In this document: positions 12,219 to 26,042 of the stretch, one piece after another
Layout of the letters: every line of letters starts with the position of its first letter
How positions within the stretch are numbered: position 1 is the stretch's first letter
Source of the DNA: Phaeosaccion multiseriatum
Taxonomy: Eukaryota > Protista > Ochrophyta, other classes
Direction: 5' to 3'
Length of the DNA stretch: 64,000 nt
NCBI GenBank assembly: GCA_965112735.1
Contig: OZ218956.1
Span: 3,038,001 to 3,102,000 of the forward strand
The notes under the pieces: generated by a model
What the model was told of the DNA's origin: nothing
Seen by the model: only the letters and a program-made list of their open reading frames with translations
Database searches by the model: none
Position numbers and translations under genes: made by a program

Positions 12219-15076
12219 ATGATGTACCGCTCCAGCATTGCGTTCCTGGCCATGCTGGCGGTGGCCATGGCCTTCGCCCCGTCGGCTCTCCTGGCAAGCC
12301 AACGGAGGCTGCAGGGCGGTGTGGGCAGCGGCAGCGGTCGGTCCTCTTCCTACAGGGGCAGCTCGGCGCTCAACATGTCACTCGAAGACCTTGAGAAGCG
12401 GCTGGCGGAGAAGGACGCAGCACAAGTACCGAAGGTAACGATAGGTGGGGTGCGTGGCCCATGTTTTCCCTGTGTGATTTGCCTTGGGCTCTTTTGTGTG
12501 AAAGGGTGACACGTCGAAGGTGTGTGACGTGTGGGTAATGTGTCTGGCTCATGTCACGTGTTTCTCCTCTGGTAGGCCCTGCTTGTGGCCGTGCTATAGT
12601 GCACAATCGCACCGAAACTCTTGCGTTTGCTGCTTGTACTTTTGCTGAGTATTTTAGCTGAGCCCTCACCTCTCTCGTGCCTCTCTCTCTCTCCTCTCTC
12701 CTCTCCCCCCCCCCCCCCCTCTCTCTCTCGCTCTCTCTCTCCTTCCTCGTCCCCCTCTTGTTGTTTTCCTTGTTTTCTTTGCATCTGGGACCTCCTCTCT
12801 TTCGCGTGCCTTGGTGCGGGCCTTACAACTAAAAGGGAGGGAAGGCTTCTAAGGCTCCTAAGGCTACTGCCCCTGCCACTGCCCCTAAGGCGGCTGCCCC
12901 TGCCCCTGCCCCTAAGGCGGCTTCCTTTGGGTTTGGGAAGAAGGCCCCTGCGCCGGCCCCTGCCCCTGTAGTGATCCCTGCTCCCGCCCCCCCCGCACCT
13001 GTCGTCAAGGCCAAGTCCTCATCAGGTGAGAGAGGAAAGGAAGAGAAATAGGAGGAGGAGAGAAGGAGGAGGAGAGAAGGAGGGGGAGGAGGAGGAGCAG
13101 GAAGAGGAGGAGCAGGAAAGAAGCGTATCATATGACTCCGGCGGGGGACAGCCGAGCGAGCGAGGAGGATAGTGGAGATGTGTCAATGAAGATCAAGTGG
13201 CTGCGGTATCGCTGCGCGCGTAGACGCAGCAGTTGTGGAACGGCAGCAGAAGCTCGGCAGGCAAGAGAGTGCCGAGGCCTGAAGCAAGAATGCGACCGGG
13301 CCAAACAGCAGTGATGGAGGGGTTGCCTTCCGTGTGTCTGGAAGTGGAGCTGCGATGGTCTGAAGAAGAGCACGGCCAGCAGCAGCAGGGGGAGGAGGCT
13401 GAAGAGGGGGGGGGGGTGAGCAGAGCAGCAGCAGCAGCAGCAGCATAGTGTTTGCTACGAAGAGGGGGGATGAGCAGAGCAGCAGCAGTAGCAGTAGTAG
13501 CATTGCTTGGTCAAGGGTTGTGTTGCAGGGGGTCGTCGTGGAGGGAGGCAAAGGGCGGCGGCCAGCCAGTGTTGGCGCAAGGAGCACGGCTGTACCACCA
13601 ACAGCAGTGGCCGTGACGCCCTTTGCAGAGGGGTGTTTCTTCCCCTCCTCTTCCGTCCCTTCCCAACTGCACTCAAGGGCGTGTGCGTGTGTGTGTGGAC
13701 ATGTACGCTTTCACATGACAGGCACACACGCGTGCGTGGCGTTTGGTTTGTCGCTTGTCTCCTGCCGCTCCCTCGGAAGCACTCTGCTTTACCTACCTGG
13801 CGGCTCTATCCCCCTCTCACTCGGTCCCTGCCTCCGTCCTGTCCTCCCTCCCTTCCTTCCGTCCCCCTCTGGCTGCAATCACTCCCCCCTCCTCCGTTCC
13901 AGAGGGCGGAAACTTCGTGGTGCCTGGAGTGGCCCTCGGTGCACTTCCCTGGATTGTGGCTCCGGTGGCGGCCCTGGCTGCTGTGCGGCCCATCCTCGCT
14001 AAGGTGTGTGTGTTTGTGTGTGTGTGTGCGTTTGTGTGTGTATATGTGTGTGTGATCACGTTACCACGTCAGGTCATCAACTTTGCTCGGTTTGCTGGAC
14101 CCTTGCCGGTTGGTGCCCGAGACGGCGATTCTAACCCCTGAACTCTCTTCTCGTGTGGTGTCCTCCTCCTCCTCCTCCTCCTCCTCCTCCTCCTCCTCCT
14201 CCTCCTCCTCCCCTCCTCCTCCTCCTTCTCCTCCTCCTCTTTCTCCTCCTCCTCCTCCTCCTCCTCCTCCTCCTCCCTTCTCTTGTGATGGAACCGAAAG
14301 GGAGCCGCAGCGCGAGCGGAGGCAGCACGAGCTGCGGAGGAGAAGGCAGCGAAGGAGGCGGCCATGGCAGCAGCGTCGGGCCTCAATGGGCAGGACAAGA
14401 GTGCCCTCACCGTTGTAGGTGCGTAGAAGAGAGGGAGACAATGAAGGAGAGAGAGATAGAGACAGACAAGACAGACAGGCAGACACAAAACACACACGCA
14501 CACACATACACACACACAATGAGAGGGAGGAGAGCGGGGGCAGGCAGGAGGCGGGGTGAGCGAACATCTCCTCCCTCTCCTTCCTTGTCTTTTGCGCTCT
14601 CCATCCGAAGCAAGCTCTCCACTCCCCGCCCCTCCCCGCAGCTTTGTGCCCACTGACTTACTGACTTACTGCTTGTCACGTTGCTTTTCGTGCTGATGTC
14701 GTTCCCTTGTCTCGTTGCCTTTCCTTTCCCTCCCTTCCCTCCTCTATGCACAAACACTTTCTATGCATGTCCACACATACATACCTGCCAGGCGGACTCC
14801 TGGCCACCGCCATCGGTGGTCTGCTGCTCCAGCCCCTCCTGTTCGGAGGAGGAGGTGCCCCTAAGCCCCCCACCCCCCCCGCAGCGCCCGCTGTGAGCAG
14901 GCCCAAGGTTGTCGCCCCTGCCCCTGCCCCTGCCCCCGCCGCGCCCGTAGGTAAGTCAATGAATGACTCCAGGGGGAGGAGTGGGAAAGAGGCTTTTGAT
15001 TAGGATTCTGGAGTGCAATGACCAGCATTGAAGGGGGGGGGGGGCACTTTGGCGATACTGGGGCGTGGGTGTGTGT

Positions 15077-15116
<40 letters not shown>

Positions 15117-15334
15117 CGGGCGCGTTGTACATGCGTGCGTGCTCTATTGCAGTGGGTTTTAGTGGCAATGGGTGGCGGGGGGATGGTGGGGAGGGAGGGG
15201 GATGCACACTCTTTCTTACATGCTTTTGCTCTGTGTTTCTGACCTACCCCCCTTCATTCCTCGTTCCCCTGTGCCATTACTCACAACCGCTCTTCCCCCT
15301 TCGCCGCCCCGCCCGTCTCATCAATCACACACAC

Positions 15335-15406
<72 letters not shown>

Positions 15407-15866
15407 ACACACCCACACACACAACCAGCCGCACCAAAAGCAGCCCCTGCCCCTGCTCCGGCCCCGGCGCCTGAGAAGAAGGCCGCCCCTGCGCCTGCTC
15501 CTGCTCCTGCCCCTGCTCCGGCCCCTGTCAAGGGGTCAGCACCTGCTCCTGCCCCTGCGCCTGCCCCTGCCCCTGCTCCTGCTCCGGCCCCTGTCAAGAA
15601 GCCAGCACCTGCTCCTGCCCCGGCGCCTGTGCAGAAGGCCGCCCCTGCTCCTGCTCCGGCCCCTGTCAAGAAGCCAGCACCTGCTCCTGCCCCTGCCCCT
15701 GCTCCTCCGGCAGATCTTAAGGCCCCCGCCACCAGCGGTCAGGTAAGGGAAGGAAGGATTTAATCTAAACGGAGTGCAACAGGAGTTTATTGCAATGCCT
15801 GCGCGCTCCTCTTTGTTGCATTTGTATGTATTGCCACTCACCCACTCGATCTTCTGTCGTTGTTGT

Positions 15867-15913
<47 letters not shown>

Positions 15914-16031
15914 CCTGTCGTTGTACAATGGTTTTATGAATCAGGGCCGAGTATTGGAGGCAGAGACGGTGGACCCCGCCCTCCTCAACTCCCTCAAGAG
16001 CATGAGCAAGAGCACCCAGCTCAAGAAATAA
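12219..16031 (+). CDS. Plastid-targeted Pro/Ala/Lys-rich protein with two hydrophobic segments, function unknown (~7 exons)
   Basis: MMYRSSIAFLAMLAVAMA-FAP bipartite (ASAFAP-type) presequence. Exons joined in frame by GT-AG encode KAAPAPAP repeats and the hydrophobic stretches FVVPGVALGALPWIVAPVAALAAV and ALTVVGGLLATAIGGLLLQPLLF. Ends SKSTQLKK*. Confidence 0.7.
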
Positions 16032-17016
16032 GTCAGCAATGAAGAGGAGGAGACGAGAGGAGAGGAGTATTTATTGGTTGCTTCGGTCAAGGGCAGCAGC
16101 ACAAGTTGGTGATACAGCAGCAGCGTCGTACAGTGGGGGAGGGGGCGGGGGGGGGGGGCTAGTTCGCCCTCGGTGGAGAGAGTGAGGGATAGAGATAGAA
16201 AAGGAGAGACTCGGGAGGAGAGGGAAGGTGAGCTTTTCATTTACCGGACGGAGTATATTTAGGCGTATGCAAGAGCGAAGAAGCGTTTACTTTCATTTTT
16301 TTTTACTTGACACAAACGATGATTAATGGTATAGAGTAGAGTTGCTGACTCTCCTCCCCTTCTTTCTGACTCCTGTACGACGTTAGGAAGAAATGATTGA
16401 GGGGTGCTATAGTCCGCTGCTTCCCCTTCCCTCGTTCATCACATATCTTTACTCAATTTTTTTATTAAAATCATATTTTCTAATTTAAGTTATTACACAT
16501 AGAAAAGAGGAAGGAACCCCGAGCCCCCCGTTTGCGTTGCCACATCACAGCACCATTGTACTTCCAACGTGCCTGAAGCAAAAGCCCTCCCTCGAGTGTC
16601 AACCACAACACAAAAACAGACAGAACAAACACAACGACTACAGTAATAGACACCGCAACAAAAGAAAGAAAAAGCCTCCTCGCCTCTTGTATCGAAGCCT
16701 GTGCCCTCTCTCTCTCTTTCGAGGCTTCTATCGCATCGTGCGATAGCATAGGCTTTCTCTCTCTCTCTCTCTCTCGGCTCCCTCCCCTTCCCCTCCGGCC
16801 CTCCTCCATCTCGAGGGCTCTCTTCACGGTCCTATCCCGTCTTAGATATCATTTCGCTTCCTCATCGCAATATCCCCCCTCCCCCTCCGCCCCCCTTTTC
16901 CAGCTCCCTCCTCTTCCCTTCACTACCCTCCTTCCCAGCAGCCTAGCATTCGGTCGCTGACGCATTCGGTCGCTGACGCCCCAATCTGCCTCGATACCGC
17001 AGACTCACACCTTGTC

Positions 17017-17399
17017 TCACAGCTCTTTGGTGTGAGAGACCACAGGGGTCGGCTGGGACGGGGGCTGCAACTGCCCTTCTGCTGATGCTACTGCTGCTGC
17101 GGCTGCTGCATTCACTTGCGCCATTTGAGCGTCATTCATTGGCTGCTGTTGTATCACCTCCTGCTGCGCCTGCTGCGCCTGTAGCTGCTGTTCTAGTTGC
17201 TGCTGCTGTTGTTGCTGTTGTTGCTGTTGCTGTTGTTGTTGCTGGAGCTGCTGCTGGTGCACGGCGGCTTGCTGCGCCAGCTGCTGCTGCTGCTGCTGGA
17301 GTTGCTGGGCCTGCTGCTCAAGCTGCTGCTGGTGTTGGTACTGCTGTTGCTGCTGCAGCAGCTGCTGTTGTTGCTGCTGCTGTAGCTGCTGCTGCTGCA

Positions 17400-17434
<35 letters not shown>

Positions 17435-17858
17435 AGATGGCCCATAGGACTGGCTGCTGCTGCTGACGCGGCCTCCATCTCTTCTCTACTCCTCTTCGTG
17501 CCAGTGGCATCAGCCTCGCCGACGGTACCGGCGGCGGTGGGGGCGAGCGCAGCAGGCTGTCCCATCACCACTCCAACAGCAGCGGCAGCAGCGGCAGCAG
17601 CAGCAGCAGCAGCAGCGGCAGGGTCGGTACTGGCATCCACAGCGGTGATGGGATTCATCGGAGCCACGGAAACAGGGCCAGTATTGAGGACGTCCACCAT
17701 TGGGGTCGGCGCGAGGACCATCCCCTGCTGCTGAAGTTGAAGCTGCTGCTGCTGTAACTGCTGTTGCTGCAACTGCTGCTGCTGCTGCTGCTGCTGAAGC
17801 TGTAGCTGCTGCTGTTGGTGTTGGTGCGCCACCTGCTGCTGTAGCTGCTGCTGTCCCA

Positions 17859-17890
<32 letters not shown>

Positions 17891-19139
17891 ACTCCCAAGC
17901 CACCAGGAGTCACAAGCTGGTGCTGGATCGTCGCCCCAGGAGCCATGTGCGCCACCTGCTGCACCTGCTGATGCTGCATCATCTCCTCGCGAGCCACGGT
18001 CGCATGGTCTTGGCAGGGGTCCCCCTTGACCTTGACCACTCTCTTGCACCCATGTCTCGAGCAGCGCCACCGCTTGCCCCCGTGACTCGCACACACCCCG
18101 TTTTTCTCCGGGTACTTGTCGCACCCCTCATGCTTGCAGCGTTGCACCTTCGCTCCGTGACGGATGCACTTGCCAGCCTGTTGGGACTTCTTCCCACAGC
18201 CCTCGTAAGTGCATTTCTTCTCCTTGGCCCCATGCCGCACACAGAGCCCTGCCTGCCGAGCGCGATTCTGACAATTTGGCTCGGAGCATCTCTTCCGACT
18301 GATGTGCGCCCCGTGTCGCTTGCACACTCCGGAACGCTGGGCCTGCTTGTCGCAACCGTCCTGCTTGCACCGCTTACGATCGAGCCTCTTTCCATCCTCC
18401 GTCTCCGCATCCTCCCTCTGCTGCTGACTCTGCTGGAGCTGTATCTGATACTGCATATGCCGGGTCACATCGATAGGCACGCCCTGCTGGTGCGGGTGCT
18501 GAAGCTGAGCCTGCGGCAAGGCGCCCGGGATCTGACCAGCCTGCGCGTGCTGCACAAGGTGCTGCGGTTGGTGCCCCACCTGAGGCATCTGTTGAACGAT
18601 TTGCTGCACCTGTTAGTTGTTCGAGGGGTTGGGATTTATCGTCACAGCACAAGGAGGGAGGGGCAATAGGGTTAGAGGGAGATTGAGCTAAATTGAGTAC
18701 CCTCTACCACATATGGGTGGAGAAGTGATTCGAGCCATTTGGGGGAGCAATAGGAAACTCACTTGTTGTTGGATCTGTTGCTGCATGTGTAGGTCCTGCT
18801 GCTGCTGCAGTTGCTGGTGGTGTTGGAGCGTGGGCTCGGGGTAGGTGTGCTGCTGCGGCTGCTCTGGGTAGTGATGAGGCTGCGGGTGTTGGGGCACTTG
18901 GGAGGGCTGCTGCTGCTCAACCCCAACTTGGGCCACGGGGGCCGCCTGCTGCTGTGCCTGCTGCTGCTGCTGAACGTGCTGATGTTGCTGGACTTCCTGA
19001 AGTGTTTGCAGCTGATGGGGCTGGGGTTGGGGCTGGTGCAGCTGATGTTGGGGCTGTACGGGCTGCGGCTGCTGTACCCCATGTTCCTGAATAACGCCTG
19101 GAACGCCTTGCAGCACTTGCAACTGCTGGGGATGGAGCA

Positions 19140-19173
<34 letters not shown>

Positions 19174-19465
19174 GGGCTGTGGCTGTGGCTGTGGCTGTAC
19201 GTGTGCAGGTTGCTGCGGCTGCTGTTGTTGCTGGGGCTGCTGGGGTTGGTGCGCCACATGTTGCTGCTCGCCGCCTTGTGGGAGGGCTTGCAGCTGCTGG
19301 GGCGGGGGTGGCAGCTGCGGAGGCTGATGCGGCTGCTCCGGCTGCTGCTGCTCCCCGACGTGGGGCGGGGGCTGTACCATATGCTGTTGCTGGGTGTCCT
19401 GAAGCGTTGGCACCTGGTGTGGGGGTGCTGGCTGTGGGTGTTGGGGTGCTGGCAGCTGCTCCGCT

Positions 19466-19498
<33 letters not shown>

Positions 19499-19950
19499 CC
19501 AAGCACCTGGGGCGGCTGCTGCTCTAACTGCTGGTGGGGGGCCGCCGGCTGCTCCACATGCTGGGGCTGAGGCTGCTGCTGTGGCTGTGGCAGTTGTTGT
19601 TGCACATCTTGGTGCTGCTCGGGTTGGGTGGGGGCCTGTGGGTGTGGCAGTTGCAGTTGCTCCGGCTGCGGCTCCGGCTGTTGCGGTGGCGGCAGGGTCG
19701 GCGGTGGCGGCAGCGATGGCGGCCGCTCTTGTTCCTCCAGGCCCCCTCCACCCTCCCCCCCCTCCTCCCCGCCCCCCTCCGACCCGGACTGCTGAGTCTG
19801 TTGCTGCTCCTGCTGCTGCTGCTGTTCCGCCTGTTGCTCGGGGGGCTGCATTTGTGGCACCTGTGGTGTGTGGGGCGGCACCTCCACCCCCTGCTGCGGC
19901 TGCTCCTGCTGCTCCAGCTGCTGCCCACCCTCAGAGATCATTGTACTCAT
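17017..19950 (-). CDS. Poly-Q protein with five C-x4-C-x9/10-C-x2-H(G) zinc-finger repeats (WRKY19-like repeat type), putative transcription factor; 2 exons (19950-18763, 18609-17017)
   Basis: CKQDGCDKQAQRSGVCKRHG, CSEPNCQNRARQAGLCVRHG, CTYEGCGKKSQQAGKCIRHG, CKHEGCDKYPEKNGVCASHG, CSRHGCKRVVKVKGDPCQDH. Donor GTGAGT at ~18762 and acceptor ctaacag at ~18610. Confidence 0.8.
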
Positions 19951-20450
19951 TGGTGCCGTGTCAAGGCGGTCCAGTTCTTCTAGAAGTTGTCCCCCCCTCG
20001 TTCTCCCCCTCTTCCTTGGCGTCTCCCCAGCTGCTCAAGCCCTGTGTCCCGCGCAGCCCGGAGAGGCCAGGAGAAGGAGGGGAGCGAGAGAGAGGGGAGG
20101 CAGGACAGTTGGGCAGGGGGAAGAGCAACTGTCGGTCAAGACAGACAAACGGGAGGATTGCGGAGCGAAGCTCCTATCCACCCATGCGCGCCTCGCTACC
20201 CGCTTCCTCACCTCAGCTTTTCCAGCGAGCACAGAAGGAAGCCTAGCAAAGCCTCGTCTCTCCAACGGGAGAGAAGGCGGCAAAAAATAAGGCAGCGCTC
20301 CAGGTGGGTGTGGGGGCAATGCGCCCCGGGAGAGAGTTGTCCAGCCAATTTCTTACCGAAAGAAATATTTACTAAGATTTCGACATCGATTTGACGTTTC
20401 AATCGTGTTTCAATCTGAAAAAAGCTGCTCTTGCCTGTCGTGCACCCACT

Positions 20451-22713
20451 ATGATGAAGCCTGGTCCGGTGCCGGTTCCAGGTGGATACGGCGCGCATGC
20501 GGGGCCAGGGGGTGCTGTTGGAGGTGAGCGCGCGCAACTACATTGTATGGCCAAACCTCATTTTCACGTGCTCATTTTGCTTCTTTTTCTCCTTTTCTTC
20601 GCTCTCTCTCTGTCTGCCTAACTCCTCGCGCGCCTCGTCTCCCTTCAAACGACCCCCACCCACCCCCACCCCCCTCTCTCTCACACACACACACTCTCTC
20701 TCTCTCTCTCGCTCTCTTTCTCTCCTCTCTGGTGCGTCTCTCCATTGAACTCGCTCTGGGCCAGGTCCAGCTGTGAAGAAATCGCACGCACCCGCCCCAT
20801 ACCGGAGGCCGCGAATGCAAAAGTTACGTAAGCCGCAGCAGCAGTGCAGCAGCAGTAGGAGTCCCGGCCATTTTCCAGGCCACCATGGCAGCCCGGCTTC
20901 CAATTCCTCCTCCTCCCCGGTAGGGGAGTTGGCTTCTTTTCCCTTGTGCATGCCTCCTGCTGGAGGAGCAAACAACAACGTCACCGCACGACACGGAGCG
21001 GCCAAAGGCGGGGCTGGGGGCAGGGGAAGAGGGGCAGGGGGGGGGGGGGGAGGAGGAGCAGCAGCTCGGGAGGGGAGGAGTCCGCCACCTGCGCTCCCTG
21101 CCTCTGCCTTCAGCTCCGTTGCGGCTGCATTTGACTTCACGCACCACGTGGACACAGACCCCGCGGCGGAGCTGCTGGTGCTCAAGGCCCTGCTAGTCAG
21201 GGAGAGCTTCTTAGGCAGGCTGGAGGACCTGTGCAGTAGGCTAAAGAGAGGGGAGGTGAGTGAGTGAGTGAGTGAGGGAGGGAGAGAGGGGATGAGAGAG
21301 AGGGAGGGAGAGGAGGGGTGAGTAAGTGTCACAGCAACAGTAGTGGCACTGAGGGGGGACGGTTCATCGGAGACGACAGGATTCTGCTCATGCCGATGCA
21401 TTGCCCATCTTTGAGGCCTGTGAGAAGGCCTTGGCTCAGGCTGGCGGAGGTGCTCAGGTCAGCACGTCAGGTCATTTAGCTCAATCGGAGCGGGCTGCGG
21501 CTGCTGCTGCTGCGGCGGCTGCTGCTGCAGACTACGATACCACGGGGGAAGATGATGCCGTCAATGCAGAAGGCAATCGTTGGAAATGGACGCACTCGTT
21601 TTCCCTCTTTTAACCCTTTTGTCTTTCCCGTTCGACTCCTCTCCTCCCCCTCTTCTATTTGCAATCTATCTGAATCCGGTCCGTCCTTCCTGTCCTGTCC
21701 TGTCCTGTCCACCCACCCCACCACCAGGAGGTGCCTCTTCGCTCGGATAATAACAACAATCACAACCACAACCACAACAACCACAACAACAACATCGCCA
21801 ACAACACCAACGCCGGAGTGCTCAACCTTATGACGAGAATCCGTGAAACGTCCGTCGATGTTGTCCACGCAATCTCGCAGTGGAGAGCGGGGGCAGGGGG
21901 GGGGGCGGAGGTGGGAGAGGGGAGGAGGGATGCGGATCCGCAGCAGCAGCAGCAGCAGCAGCTGCCGCCAGCCTTCGTATGGCAGGGGGAGAACTACCTG
22001 CTCAAGGTTAGGAGTGAGTGGGGGAGGGTAGTAAAGGATGGTCTGTTTTGTCACTTGCATAGAGAGGTCGCTCCTCACCTCTTACGATACCACTGATCTG
22101 TAACGTACCATCATGGGGTGGCTAAGCTACGATTTCTAACATCATATTTATTGGGCGGTAATGTCTTGTGCTGCAGATGGCGAACGATCTCAACTTTTTG
22201 GCGGGAGTGGAGCCTTTGGTTGCGGCGCTGCAAATCCCCCCAGCGAGCTTGTGCCGGAATCCTTTCATGCTGCCACAGACCTTAGACGAACAGCGGATGG
22301 AGGAGCAGAGGCGGAGCGGCGCAGACGCCGCCGCTGGCTCTGAGGTACCGACTGAGGGTGGTACTACCTCGGACAGAGAGGACAAAGGACCTGGAGGAGG
22401 AGGAGGAGGAGAAGAGGGACAGGCGATAGCCGACACACCGGAGCAGCAGCAGCAAGAAGAGGAAGAGGAAGAGGAGGAGGAGGAGGAGGAGGAGTACGGG
22501 GGAGACGACGAGTGGCAAGTGGATGGCCCGTCTGAGGCTCCCAACAGCGGCGGCGAAGTGGATGGAAGAGGGGGGAGAGGAGAGGGAGGAGGGGCGAGCC
22601 GGAGCGCTACGGGCAGCGATGTGAGCGGGGAAGGTGGATGCCTCTCTCCACGGAGTATGGAAAGAAAGAGGGTAAGTCGTGGGGAGGAGGAGGAGGAGGA
22701 GGAGGAGGAGGAG

Positions 22714-22745
<32 letters not shown>

Positions 22746-25700
22746 GGAGGAATAGGAGGAGGGTAGATAGGCAGTCCTCTCAGCCGTGGTGCGTCTGTCT
22801 CAGTGTCTCCTGCAGTGGAACTCAATTGCCTGTGCCGAATCATTCACCATTTACCCCCCGGCCTTCCACCACGCATCTCCCTCCCTCCTTCCCTCCCTCC
22901 CTCATCCCTCCCTCCCTCCCTCCCTCCCTCCCTCCCTCCCTCCCTGCTTTAGCTGTACGATGTCGCCGGGGTGCTCATCGCAGAGGAGGCACTAGAGAGA
23001 CAGAGGGAGGGCCTTCGCCGTCAGACGAAGGCGTCATCTCCTCCACGTCCAACGGGCGCGACGACTTCTACTACTGCTGCTGGATCACCACCTGTTGCGG
23101 GTGGGATGGTGCCGCTTGGAGAGGGGAAAAAGGCCGTAGCAGCAGCAGCAGCAGCAGCAGCATTAGTTGGTGATATAGCTGCTGCGATGGGAAGTGGGGA
23201 AGGAGGCACAAAGATCGATGACGATTTGCAGCAGGAGAAGAGTGCTGGCTCTGAGGGCGGCGACGGGGAGGCGGCCCCGCCTTCGGCCTCTACAACACCA
23301 TCACCACCCCCGCCGCTAACACTAGTAGCAGCAGTTGGTGATACAACACCAGCAAATGACAGCCAAGACGAGTACGACCTGCAAGAGGGGGTCCTGCAGC
23401 GAGCCTTGCAGGAGATTCAAGAGCAGCAGCGGCGGGAAGTGAATGAGACATGTCAGGCGACAAGCAGTCTCCAGGCACAGCGGCAGCAGCAGCAGCGACA
23501 GGAGGACATGCGGCAGTGGTACGAGCAGGCCAGGGATCAGCTCATTGCGCTGTGCTCCACTCCACAGGACGAAGAGGTGCGTGCCTGTGTGTGGCTGTGC
23601 GTGTGTTGGTTGTCTGGTTGTTGTTCTTGTGAGTTCTTTGTGATTGTACACGCAACCGTCGTACCGCGTGTGGTGTAGCGGTGCGGTGTTTCTTTCTTTG
23701 CGCAGTCGCTGCATTTCTATTCAGGCCTTGTGCTTGTCTCCTCGTCATGCACGTGAAGCAACCGTTATTTTTAGGCTGCACAGATGGCACCAAAGGGTAT
23801 TGAAACAACAACCGAGGGGGCGGCCTCTATAGAACGGAACCATGGACTCCGTTTCAAGCTCTAAACCTTGCGTCGCCATGGTCTGCCCTCCATCCCATTT
23901 TGATTTTATTTCTTGTGCCTCCAAACACACACACGCACACACACACACACACGCACACACACGTACACGCGCGCACACACACACAGTTCTACAGCCACTC
24001 CAAGCGCTTTTGGAAGAAGGACGAGCTCCAGCAGCTCCAACACCGGCGTTGTCATCCCAAGAGAGGGGCCTACAAGCGAAGCTATCGGCCGGGCCAGTGG
24101 GCGGCAGGGGTCTCTCCCACTCCCGCCCCCGCCCTCACCCCCGCCCGCCTAACCACCAACACTGCCACTGCTATCCAAGAGGGGGCGCCTCTCTTGCCAT
24201 CGAACAATAGCAGCAGCGATGGTGGTGCCATTAGCCCCGCGTCTTCGTCTGCGTCTCCGTCTCAGTCTCTGGCCTCTACCGGCGGGCGGGTGCGCCAAAT
24301 ACGGCGGGTGCAGCAGCAGCAGCAGCAGCAGCCGCAGCAGCGGTACGGAGCCCTCATTCCTCGAGGTGGAGGCGTCATACGGAAGAGCAGGAGTCAGGTG
24401 CAAGTCGGGACAGCGACAGGGTCAGGGTCAGGGGCAGGGGCAGGGGCAGGGTCAGGGTCAGGAGCAGGAGCAGGATCAGGGTCGGGGTCAGGGTCTGTCG
24501 CCTCCTCCGCAGGGAAAGGCGGCTCCATGAGCGACCCATTCTGTCGAGAAGGGGCCCTCCTCGGGGCAGCAGAGCCGGCCACAGCAACGCCTGCAACAGT
24601 TGGTGGTACAGCGCCCGCACCCGTTGCGGCTGTTGATGGCGATGCTGCTGATCATGGTGATGGTGGTGGTGACAGTGGTGATGGTGGTGATGGTGGTGAT
24701 GGTGGTGACCGCGTGAGTCAAGCGGCGGCTCAGCTGTCTGTAGCGGAGGTGTCTGCCCTGCTCCAAGTGGCCTCTCCCAAGGCGGTGGTGGCGCTGGCCG
24801 GAGCAGTGGTTGTGATTCTCCTCTCTTCGAAGGATGAGGAAATCCCCTCGGACCTGGCGTGGCCCCACAGGTACGTATGTCATACGTAAGGGTATACGTG
24901 TTACGTACCGCGATATGTACATGGTTACGGGCATGTGGGCATTGGGTGTGTAAGCATATGTGCATGTGGATGGGCATGGTGACGAAAAGGTTATAATGAG
25001 TCTCATATGACTGCCTGCTCCTGCATCACGCGGAAACCCGGGCGTCTGTGCGTGCGTGCGTGCGTGCGTGCGTCCGTGCGTGCGTGCTTAAAACCAACTC
25101 TCCACCTCACTTGGCTCACCATTTACCGCTCTCTCCGTCTCTCTCTCCGTCACTCTGTCTGTCACTCTCTCCGTCGCTCTCTCCGCCCTTCTCTCCGCCC
25201 TTCTCTCCGTCACCCCCCCCCCCCCTCTCTCTCTCTCTCTTCTCTTCTCTTCCTCTCCCTCCCTCTTTCTCCCCTCCCCCCCCGTCTCTCCCCGCCCCTC
25301 TCTCTGCTTGCCTCCCTCTTCGCCTGCCTCTCTACCTCCACTGCCCACTTTCAGCTTCAAGGCGGTGTGCCATCCCCTCGAGACCTTGTCTTCGCGCCTC
25401 GACGCGTGTTGCCGCTGTCCGAAGCAAGACAGCACGAGCACTCACGACAGTAGTAGCAGCAGTAACAGCAACAGCCCCGACGAAGGAGGCCCTAGCGGCA
25501 GTAGTGGCGGCAGAAGAAGCTCTGTGCCGGCGTATAAGGTAGATGCTCGTGTATGCGTGTGTGTGTGTGTGTGAGAGAGAGAGAGTGAGAGAGAGAGAGA
25601 GAGAATCCACTCTACCTACCTCCGTCTCTGCACCGGGGGTGCTTTTGCTGCTTCTTCTCAACCTATTTATTGTGTCCCTTCACTCTGCCTCTTGTGTCCC

Positions 25701-25978
25701 TTCACTCTGCCTCTTGAGTCCCTTCACTCTTCCTCTTGTATCCCTTCAGTCTGCCTCTTGCGTCCCTCCAACCTACCTCTTACGCCCCCTCCCTTCGACA
25801 ACGCATGCAATGAATGCCCTCCTCCTCCCTTGACATGTGTACTGCCCTATTGCTGTTGTATGCCCAACTGCTGATGCTACTCAGGTGCGAGCCATACGGC
25901 CGTTCCTGCAGTCCGATGCTCTCAGACCTGCCGCCCTCAGACACGTCCATCCCACGGTACGCAACAAAGACGTGTGAT

Positions 25979-26042
<64 letters not shown>

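Noticed and set aside
16946-16979. 16-bp tandem duplication GCATTCGGTCGCTGAC
   Set aside because: Two copies only; ordinary local slippage in a 3' flank.
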